Positions 54,071 to 64,000 of a DNA stretch of 64,000 bases are shown here, one piece after another. The translations under genes were made by a program, and so were the position numbers. Within the stretch, counting starts at the first letter, position 1. The number at the start of each line of letters is the position of its first letter. The DNA is taken from positions 6,388,001-6,452,000 of the forward strand of contig NC_058369.1 of NCBI RefSeq assembly GCF_018350175.1. Direction: 5' to 3'. A model generated the notes under the pieces. It searched no databases. It saw only the letters and a list, made by a program, of their open reading frames with translations, and was not told the origin of the DNA. The DNA is from Felis catus. Its lineage: Eukaryota.

Positions 54071-55723
54071 GGCCAGGGTGATGGCATCTGGGGGAGAGAG
54101 GGCGCTCCGCAGTTGGGTCTCTCTTTTTCGTGGCCAGCTGCCGGCCACGTGTGTGCAGAATCAGTGGTTTGGCCATCGCAGCTCTGTCTGCCGGCAGAAA
54201 CCGCATTCCGCTCCCCACCCCCCAACCCCGGGGGACCAGAGAATCCGAGGAAATGTGACTACAGTCCACGGCGGGTGGGTTTATGGATCTCCCAGGTGCC
54301 GAGCTAGGAGGAGAGGACAAAGCGACGGGGGCGGGGGGCGGGGGGAGCCGTTAAACACCTGATTACTGACATCGTAGACCAGAAGAAAGCACAGGACGCC
54401 ATGCAAGTTTATTTGGTTTGGGGTGCGGGCTGGGGACTCGGTGTCCCTAAGCCAATTTGGAGGAAGAGCCAGGGAAGGGAACGTTCAGCATTTTCCCCTG
54501 AGTGCTTCACACACAGTAGGACAGAATACAAAGGAATCATCTCCTACCTCTGACGGCAACTGGCCCCACAGCAACACCGAGGGTCTCACTGTGGCTCGGC
54601 CACTCGCCAGCTAGCTGTGCGGCCACAGGCAGGTTGCTTCAGTTCTCTGCGCCTGGGTTTTTCTCATCCGTAAAGGTGCGGTGGGGGGGGGGGGGGGGAC
54701 AACAGTAATGCGTAAGGTTGTCGTCTTTCTGCGCAGTCCCCACGTCTCTGTGAGAAAGGCCCCCGGGTTTATTTGTGCGCAAGCCCACCTGCGACTGGTT
54801 AGCGGGGGACCGTCTCCACTCGCGGACTCCAGCTTCATGAAAACACACCCCCTGCTATATTTAGCCACATGCGTTTCCTCGGGACCACACGTCTCTCAGC
54901 TGCTTCGCCCCTTGCAGGGCACCGGCCGGGACCTCCGTCCTCCCTCCGGTGGCGACAGTGTCTTTCTTTGTGCGTTCTTGCTCCTCTGGTTGAGATGTGG
55001 CTTGGTCGCCTGGAGTGGGGCCGTCGGCAAGTCTCCTCGGCTTCACGGAGGCTCCTTGTCCCCGCGGCTGAAAACTTGGCTGCACACCCCTGGCCGACTT
55101 GACACCTTGGAGCTGCCCATGAATGGGTTTTCAGAGCCTTCTCTTGTTTGCTTCACTGCACGCCTCTCTGTGGGCTCTTGTGAAATCATCGGGGGAGGGA
55201 AAGCCAAGTGGAAAACAGCCCTTCTTGGTGTCAGGGCTTGAGGGTGATGGAGACAGACCGTGATGGAGATTTGCATTAACCGGTCTGCACATGTTACAAG
55301 ATTTTATCTTTTTTTTATTTTTTTATTTTTTTAAATTGTGTGCTGGTCTGTTCTGGTGGCTCAGAGCAGGGAAATAGTGAACTCTGGGTCTAATGAAGGA
55401 CAAGGACAGATAACAGATATAGCAGATTAAGGGCTCCTGAGCACCTGGAAATGGCACAAGCCATTACTTATTAGGCACCACCTACTAGATACATGGCCCT
55501 TGTAACCATGAAGAGGGGTAGGATTTGAGCCTAAAGTCTGGCCCCGGAAACCCAGCCTTTTCTGCTCTACTCTGTGGTACAGAGGAAGGGGCCTTTTGGG
55601 CTGGGTCTTGAAGGTTGAATAGGAGTTTGTTGAAGAGGAACCCCGATCCTGTACTGACTTTGGCCACCTGTTCTTCCTAGAATTGGCCAGAGGCTAATAT
55701 CTTGGAGGCCATAATTAGGTTAC

Positions 55724-55832
55724 TAGGGTGACCAACTCGTTTTGGTTTTCCCAGGACTTTCTTAGTTTTAGTAAGCCCCGCTTCCTGGGAAACCCATCAG
55801 TCCCAGACAAACCAGAACTGTTGGTCACCCTA
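55724..55832. mobile_element. MER81-like hAT-Blackjack MITE
   Basis: ~109 bp with terminal inverted repeats tagggtgaccaac ... gttggtcacccta. Confidence 0.8.
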
Positions 55833-58800
55833 GGTTTCACCCAGCAGCAGAATTTTACACCCAAGCCTGGAGACGCACTGAATTCTCTTTAACGCACCCC
55901 CCACCCCCCAACAAGGGTCGTCTCTCAAAATGCTCCCTCGTATCTTCATCCTGGCGTTCTTTCTCTAGACCCTTCCACTTCTTGGCTTGGGTGAGAATTC
56001 AGTAAGGTAATTAATGCTTGTGATGAGCGAAGCAAAGTAGCTGGCAGGTGGTAACCTACCCTTGGGTTTTGCGATTTTAGCCCTCTTTCCTCTCTTTGCA
56101 CGGGAGCTGGCGCCCCTGTCCCTGATGGGAGCAGGCTTCCTTGTCCCCTTCGCTGAGGGAACACGGTCACCCCAGCCTGGCCCTCCCCGGGGACGTGGCT
56201 GTTTGCCCCCAGGATCCAGGGCAGAGCCCAGTCACCATCAATTAGGGAAGCTGCAGGCCTGCCGGAGTTACGGGGCAGCATGGGAGTGTTGAGTGCCAGG
56301 TCTTAGCAGAGCAAGTAGGAAACAGGTTCAGGGTTAGGATTCAGGGCCAAGGCAACTGAAGGTCATCGGAGGCCAGGCATTTGAGTTCTGGCGGTGGCCC
56401 AAAGGGTCAAGCGGGGCCAGGTGTTAGTCAAGAGTCCCTCGTCCTTCCAACTGCTGCCACCATCTTTCTGTTCCCTTGCTGCTCACAGAGCACCGGTCGC
56501 CCCCGCCCCCCCTCCCCCCTCCTGCTTGTTGATTGAGAACACCTGCTCAGACGCCCACCCGCCCTGGACTCTGATGCAGCCTTTCTTAACCGGTGTCGTG
56601 CAGAAAAGTGATGGTGATGAATATTCATCGGGCGCGAAGTCTGTGCCAAGCACAGGGCTCACTGTGTTCTCCACCACTTTCCCTTAAGATGTGGCCGTGG
56701 GCTTTGGGAACCCGTTCCAGTTTTCATTCAAATTTCCAACCCGGCTGGGCCTTGCGACTTGAGCGCGTCCGGGAAGGAAGACAGGGAAGCAGAAATGGGG
56801 AATGTTATCAGGAAAGGAGGCTCAGTGTCTCTGGGGCTCACCGCCGCCCCAGAACACTACGCGCTGAGTCTTTGGGGTCCTGACGCAGTGGAGAGGAGAA
56901 AGAGGTATCGGGTAAGCACACGTGGGTGGTGGGGGCGGCAGTTGCCTGTTCGGCCCGGATCGAGAATCTGGGAGATTATTGTGGTGGTTTCGTTGTGATT
57001 CTTTCCCCCAGATTTAGACAATGACACAGGGGACAAATACGAGCAACCGTGACCTTCCCCATGCCCTTGCTGGAAGCATCTGACACTGCAGAAGAGGGCT
57101 GGGTGTGCCTGAGGTCACTGGTGTCCACATGAACACGCGTGGACGGGGGCCCACAGTCCTGGGTTCTAATTCTGGTTCTATTTGCTGTGTGACCTTGGGA
57201 TTCACTTGACATCTCTGTTCTTCTGTAACATCGGGCGGGGCGGTGGGGGCTGGCAGGGAATGCTTGCATCTGCCTCTTATGGTTGTTGAGCGGATTACAC
57301 GAGACAATGTCCGCAGATCCCCTAACACAGGTGCCTGATATGGAGCTGGCCTCCGTTATTTCTCCTCGGGCTCCAGTAATGGCAGGTTTTAAACCTCCAC
57401 GCTTTTGCCCATCTGTAGGGCAGGACATTTTTTAACCTGGGTAAGCACCGTAGCAAAGAACGAAGACCTCAAGCCAGGTTGGGGAGACCTGGCTCCGTGA
57501 CCTTGAGGAGGCTTTTAACTTTTAACTTGAGTCCTGACGGCCGGTTCCCTCCGGTCGGGTGACCCAGGCGTCTTGAGGTTTCTGTTGCTTCCAACCCGTT
57601 TTGGTTTATTCACTAACCGTTCACGGAGGGCGGGCACGGGCGAATATGACCCTGCCTTCTCAGGCGCTACGGTGGACGGTGGGCGTAAATGAAAGGTCGT
57701 TGGAAGAAATGGGCTTAGGGTCAGCAGAGGGAAGGGGGTCACCGCCTGCCTCCCTCCTGGGGGTAAGCTTTCCTCTCCCACCTGGTTTGTTTCTTACCCT
57801 GTATTTCCCCCTTCGAATGAGTATGTAGTTTAATTACAGACAGAAAATACCTTCATCGGTTTGACATCCTTAAAAGGAGCTGATTTGTATAATGTTTGGC
57901 CAGACTGTTAATAGCTGACCAGCCTGGGTTTTAGAAAGTTCAAGTGCCTCTGTCCTATGCATTAGCCATTAAAAACCCCACCTTCACAGGTACCTCTTCT
58001 AGAATGCCTTCTCAGACTTCCAGAATTATCTGTTCTTGGTCTCATTTTAGCTCGTATGTTTCTCTAACTGGGACTGTTAGAGATTTTTACTTTTGTGATA
58101 CATGAATGACAGTAGCATCTTCTGTTTATCGAGGGCCCCTGATTTTCCAGGACCCGAGTTAGTCATTTTCCGTGCATCAGCATGTTTAATTTGCTAACCA
58201 GTTGTCATGTAGGGATTGTGTTACTCATTAACCCCTGTTTACAGACGGGGAAACTGAGGCCCAAGGATGTTGGCTCACTTGCCCGGTTTCATGTAAGGGC
58301 CGAGTTGGTCGTTGACCTTGGGTCTGCCCGACCTCAGAGTCTGAGCTCTGAGCTCTAGTCTAGTTGCTGGCCGTTCTGCCCTGCTCACGGGGTTGGGAAC
58401 CCCCCCCCCCCACCGGCACCGTGTACCCCAGGGCCCAGCCCGAGGACAGCCAGAGGAGTGTTTGTGGTTTGGCTAGGGGTCATGTGACCAAGTGGTTCCC
58501 ACCTGTCATCTTGGTGAGCATCAGCAGAAAGGCAGCATTTGCAGATTCACGTGGGGAAGTGGAAGGAATTTACTGGAAGGCCAGGGGTTGGGGCAGAAAT
58601 TCAGAGTTAGGAATCCGAAATTTGAAGACCCTTACAGTGTGAACATTAAAAGTCTGGACTCTGGCGCCCGGCTCCTTGGGTTCAAATCCTGGCTACACCT
58701 GCATCCACCACGCCCTTGATGTGTGACCTTGAGCAAACGACTGAACCTTCTGTTTCCTTATTTACAAAATAAGGCTAATTTTATACCTGATGTGGTTAGC

Positions 58801-58914
58801 AGGAAGGTGCAGATCTCATTATACAATGCTGGCATGGGGCTGGCTACCGTTATTTTTATTATTTTTATTTTATTTTTATTTTTATTGTTATTTTTATTCC
58901 TCCTTGAGGTGTTT

Positions 58915-59122
58915 TTTTTTTTTTAAACTTTGTAAACGTTTTGTTTCTTTTTGAGAGAGAGCTCATGAGCAGGGGAGGGCAGAGAAAGAGAGGGAGACAG
59001 AGGATCTGAAGCGGGCTCTGTGCTGACAGCAGAGAGCCTGATGTGGGGCTTGAACTCACGAACTGTGAGATCGTGACCTGAGCTGAAGTTGGACGCTTAA
59101 CCAAGTGAACCACCCAGGTGTC
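58915..59122 (-). mobile_element. Can-SINE followed by (TG)n at ~59137-59172
   Basis: T tail, GA tract, reverse head. Confidence 0.85.
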
Positions 59123-59132
59123 TCGCTCCTTG

Positions 59133-59169
<37 letters not shown>

Positions 59170-59173
<4 letters not shown>

Positions 59174-59580
59174 TAAAATATACATAATGTGAAATGAATC
59201 ATTTTAGCTATTGTTATGTGGCCAGTTCAGTGACATTCAGCACATTCACACTGTTATGCAGCCACCCCCACCATCCATCTCCAGAACTTTCTTATCTCCC
59301 AAAACTGAGACTCTGTCCCCGCGAAGCACTGACTCCCCACCCCCTGCCCCACCCCTGGCTCCCTCCTTCTACTCTCTGTCTCTGTAGACGGGACTCCTCT
59401 AGGGACCCCCTGCGGGTGGGATCGTGCAGGACGTGTCCTTCTGTGTCTGGCTTCTCTCACTACACACAGTGTCCTTAGGGTCCATCCGTGTGGTGGCAGG
59501 GGGCAGGATGTCTTTCCTTTTTAGGCTGACTATATTCCATTGTCTGGATGGACCACATCGTGTCTAAAGGTCCATTAATG
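59170..59580 (-). mobile_element. L1MB-like 3' end
   Basis: tggtaaaatatacataa...cagttcagtgacatt...ctccagaacttt...ttccattgtctggatggaccacat. Confidence 0.78.
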
Positions 59581-59595
59581 GTGCACCTTGGGTTT

Positions 59596-59813
59596 AAAAA
59601 ATTTTTTTTTTAACGTTTATTTATTTTTGGGACAGAGAGAGACAGAGCATGAACGGGGGAGGGGCAGAGAGAGAGGGAGACACAGAATCGGAAACAGGCT
59701 CCAGGCTCTGAGCCATCAGCCCAGAGCCTGACGCGGGGCTCGAACTCATGGACCGCGAGATCGTGACCTGGCTGAAGTCAGACGCTTAACTGACTGCGCC
59801 ACCCAGGCGCCCC
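59596..59813 (-). mobile_element. Young feline SINE
   Basis: TSD tgcaccttgggttt (59582/59814). Confidence 0.93.
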
Positions 59814-60446
59814 TGCACCTTGGGTTTTAAAACCCACCTTCACACTGACCTCTTGTATGAGGCACCCAGGTCACGGACAGCGAATGGGTTTTCCATCACG
59901 CGTAGGTGCGGTTGAAAGCTTGCTTTTCCATGTCTGGGCCGTATGTGTCTTCAGTCAAGTCTGTCTGTGAGAAATAAGCAAATCCAACCTGTATCACTAG
60001 ATGCAATGAAACAAGGCACGGGAAATTGCCCTGAGCACATCCAACAAAGAGACCCTGGAGGGCGGGCTCAGTTCCTCTCAGCCGTGGTTCTGAGTATTCA
60101 GCCTGCGGTTGGACACGTTCTGTTGTGCGTGTTTCCCTGCCGGCCCTGCGTTGATGAAGGTGTTGCTTTTCTTTGTGAGTGATGTTGGTGTGCCGGGCTG
60201 TGTGGATTATCCAACTTTAACCCTGGGCGAATCCTTCGCTTCTGAAATCGACCTCTCTGAGACAGTCTTTGTCTTGAGACGTTAGGACCCCATAAAGGAG
60301 GACTGGCCCTGAGTATTCTCTGGTGACAGAAGCAGAAGGAAGAGGGACGTTTAACACGAATTCTTTGCAGGATTCACCAAGGGTGGGCTCTTACAGGGCC
60401 CTGTATGGTTTAGGAAATCCTCAGTGTGGTTCGAAGCCTCACATTT

Positions 60447-61148
60447 TTATCTATCTACCCATCTATTTATTTTTAATTTTTAAAAATTATTTATTTTTTA
60501 ATTTTTTAATGTTTTATTTTATTTTTGAGAGAGAGACAGAGTACAAGCAGCGGAGGGGCAGAGAGAGAGGGAGACAGAATCCACGAAGCAGGCTCCAGGC
60601 TCTGCGCCGTCAGCGCAGAGCCCGATGTGGGGCTCGAACCTGTGAACCATGAGATCATGACCTGAGCTAAAGTCAGACGCTCAACTGACTGAGCCACCCA
60701 GGCGCCCCTAAAAGTTATTTATTTTTGAGACAAAGAGAGACAGAGCATGAGCAGGGGAGGGGCAGAGAGAGAGACACAGAATCCGAAGCAGGCTCCAGGC
60801 TCTGAGCCATCAGCCCTGAGCCTGACGCGGGGCTCGAACTCACAAGCCTTGAGATTGTGACCTGAGCCAAAGTCGGATGGACGCTTAACTGACTGAGCCT
60901 CCCAGGTGCCCCCAAGCCTCACATTTAAAAAAAATTTTTTTTTTCAACGTTTATTTATTTTTGGGACAGAGAGAGACAGAACATGAACGGGGGAGGGGCA
61001 GAGAGAGAGGGAGACACAGAATCGGAAACAGGCTCCAGGCTCTGAGCCATCAGCCCAGAGCCTGATGCGGGGCTCGAACTCCCGGACCGCGAGATCGTGA
61101 CCTGGCTGAAGTCGGACGCTTAACCGACTACGCCACCCAGGTGCCCCC
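60447..61148 (-). mobile_element. Three antisense Can-SINEs at a re-used target
   Basis: aagcctcacattt at 60434, 60914 and 61149. Confidence 0.9.
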
Positions 61149-61611
61149 AAGCCTCACATTTTAAATGGATCTGAGAAATGACCCTCACTGCTGGCCTGGG
61201 GCTCTCCTGTGCTTCAGGGATTCACAGAGGGACCAGGGCCGGTGGGCTGGCAGAGAGTGGCACAGAAGCAGATGGAAACTTCTCTCTGGCTCTTCCTGCC
61301 CGTAGGCTGGTGGCACGGTGAGGGCAGTGGTGGCAGGACCCCCAGGGCCTGGCGCATGGCAGACCCTCAGTGACACTTGGGCAGGTGGATGGTACAGTGG
61401 GTTGTGTGTGCACGTCCAGGGTGAGAGCTGAGCTCCAGACGCAAGACTTGGGTTGTGGGGCCTCTGGCATTGGCAGCGTGACTGTGGGGTGGGGTGCTGG
61501 AGCCTCTGCAGCTGGAACCCAGGGCTGGATGGACAGATAGACGACCTTTGTCATTTCGGCCCCGTTCACTCTTGTGATATCCCTCTGTCTTCGCCTCAGG
61601 TTGCGTTCTAA

Positions 61612-61768
61612 AGTGGTGGTTCTCACAGGACGGTGATTCTAGCGATATCTGGGGATGCCTGGAGGAGAGGGGGGTGCTCCTGGCATCTAGAAGGTGGAGG
61701 CCACCGTCCTCCCTCGACAGAGAATGATCCGGCTGCAGATGTCCCCGGCGCTGAGGTTGAGAAACCAA
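61612..61768. mobile_element. MER20-like fossil (opposite orientation, internally deleted)
   Basis: gtggttctca...ggtgattct...ctcctggcatctag...agagaatgatccggc...gctgaggttgagaaacc. Confidence 0.6.
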
Positions 61769-62499
61769 CCCCGGTGATGGTGGAAGTGGCAGTCCCAGAT
61801 CAGCCCCAGATCTCCCATATCTGTGACTTGAGAAAGCGCCCCAGAGTTAACTGGGTGTGCGCCTGGCAAGGGTGGGAAGAGAAGGCGGGGCTGGTAGGTG
61901 GTCGTGTCCTGCCTCACACAAACGAACATTCCCTCCAAGGCTCTCCTTGGCAACAGATCGCTTGTCGCCTCTTGCCCAGGGTGTCTCTCATGATAAGCTT
62001 TGTGGATCGTTCCGGATCGTGTTGATGGGGACAGCTCCCTGCTGGCCCCGTGTCGCTCCGTCGGTGGGAGAGGAGACAGGTGCCTAGCTCATGACTGTGC
62101 TCCTGGGTAAATGAGCTTGCGCGTGTTTCGGTTCAGAGGGTCACTGGGTTGTGTGCTTTCCTTTTGTTGTGAGTCAATTTAATTTGTTACTGCTAATAAA
62201 ATCCGGAGCTTACCTGGCCCTGAAGCCTCAGCTCATTGAGAAAGCTTTGAAGGCGTGTTGTTTTCAGAGGCTGGCTTTGGAAAAAGTGGAGGATGGAGTA
62301 AAATCCTCTCCTGTTCCAGGACAGGAGCATCTCCCAAAAACTGAATTTACCTTATTACTGACTAAACGGGCAACTCGATCCCAAGGGGTCAGTTTTTCTA
62401 GAATTACCTCCTTCTGTATCAAGAACACTTTGACTAAGGTCTCTGGATAGGGGCCCTGGCACACAAACTATAAGGCAATGTCAAAAAACAGTATTTTAT

Positions 62500-63283
62500 T
62501 TATTTATTTATTTATTGAAAAATGTGTTTTAGGCAGTTTTTAAAAAGTTTATTTATTTCGAAAAGAAAAATGTTTATTTATTTTGAAAGAGAGAGAGCAC
62601 GAGCAGGGGAGGGGCAGAGAGAGAGAGGGAGTCACAGAATCGGAAGCAGGCTCCCGGCTCCGAGCTGTCAGCACAGAGCCCAACGCGGGGCTCGAACCCA
62701 CAGACCGTGAGATCATGACCTGAGCCGAAGTCGGATGCTTAACCGACTGAGCCACCTGGCACCCCCGAAATTCAGTACTTTAATGTGGTATTTAGTTTTT
62801 ATTTTTTGTTGTGGTTAGAGAATGCGGGGGAGGGGGAGGGAGGGAGAGAGAGAGAGAGAATCTCAAGCAGGCTCTGTGCTCATCAGGGAGCCTGATTTGG
62901 GGCTCTATCCCATGACCCGGGGGTCACGACCTGAGCCGAAATCAGGAGTCCGGCGCTCAACTGACTGAGCCACTCAGACCCCCCTTTAATGCGGTATTTT
63001 TTTTTAAGTGCAATTTATGGCCCAAACATTCATGATGAGTAAAATTTCAAAATTTTATTTTATTTAAAAAAAAATTTTTTTTTAATGTTTATTTTTGAGA
63101 CAGAGAGAGACAGAGCATGAACGGGGGAGGGGCAGAGAGAAGAGGGAGACACAGAATCTGAAACAGGCTCCAGGCTCTGAGCTGTCAGCACAGAGCCCGA
63201 CGCGGGGCCTGAACTCACAGACTGTGAGATCGTGACCCGAGCCGAAGTCGGACACTCAACCGACTGAGCCACCCAGGTGCCCC
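62500..63283 (-). mobile_element. Three antisense Can-SINEs (~62570-62766, 62800-62985, 63065-63283)
   Basis: TSDs tttaatg(t/c)ggtattt and aaatttcaaaatttta. Confidence 0.87.
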
Positions 63284-63877
63284 CAAATTTCAAAATTTTA
63301 AATAAAAAATGGGATCTGACCCTGCTCACCTCACCCCAATCATGGTCCTGTTCCGGTTTTAATTAACGTTTTGATGTTTTGTGCACTATGGACTTTTTGG
63401 CCTCAACTGTGAGTTTTAAAACTATCGTTTGTCCCGATGACAGAGTGTTTTGCCACCCCCTTACGTCTTGAGCCCGAGGTGAGGGGGCAGTGAGAGTGAG
63501 AGGTAAGTGAGCCCGGGAGTCTGGGCAGTTTTGTCAGCGCATTCTACAGATGGAGAAACTGAGGCCCGTGGAGGCTGGGTTTCCCTCCTGTGGTCACAGG
63601 CAGCAAACTGGGGCAGGGATTTAGGCCTGAGCAGTCAGACTGCAGAATCCATAGTCTTCTGGCTTTTAGCTTCTCGCCGACTTCCTACCTTTGTGTGTGA
63701 GGTTTCCCTGCTTGTTTACGGGAGGAGACACCCCTGTTCCTTTTGGCTTTTACGTTGAATTGCATCATAGCAACACGGATTATGCAGAACCTTGTCACCT
63801 AAGTGCTCAAGCTATCAGATTTCTACCTGTGTCTTACTTTTTTTTTAACTTAAAGTTTTTAAAATTTTTTTTAATCA

Positions 63878-64000
63878 TATGTATAGAACATAAAATTTAC
63901 CGTCTTAACCGTTGTTATGTGTCCAGTTCAGTGGTGTTAATTGTATTCGTGTGGTTGTACAGCCATGACCCCCATCTATCTCCAGCGCTGGCCCATCTCT
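63878..64000 (-). mobile_element. Start of another L1MB-like 3' end (cut by the window edge)
   Basis: aacataaaatttaccgtcttaacc...ccagttcagtgg...catctatctccag. Confidence 0.6.

Overview
Mammalian genomic DNA, most likely a cat or other felid judging by the feline-type tRNA-derived Can-SINEs. It holds the 5' part of the insulin receptor gene INSR on the + strand: a CpG-island exon 1 (ATG at 60; signal peptide plus mature HLYPGE, coding 60-159), an 18.6-kb intron 1, the 552-nt exon 2 (18737-19288; L1 domain and start of the cysteine-rich region), and the first ~44.7 kb of intron 2. Exon 3 was not found in the window. The introns carry about 55 Can-SINEs, L1 fragments, MLT1 LTRs, DNA-transposon fossils and microsatellites. 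The ORF-track entries outside these two exons look like repeat-derived or chance ORFs. Main hypothesis: exon 2 is a symmetric phase-1, 184-codon exon bracketed by two independent inverted-repeat pairs, so a back-spliced circle would be a stop-free ORF capable of rolling-circle translation. Other notable items are unusually similar old L1 copies, a locally templated insertion with a direct repeat, and repeated SINE insertion at one target. Repeat family names come from recalled consensus sequences, not a database search, and repeat boundaries are approximate.
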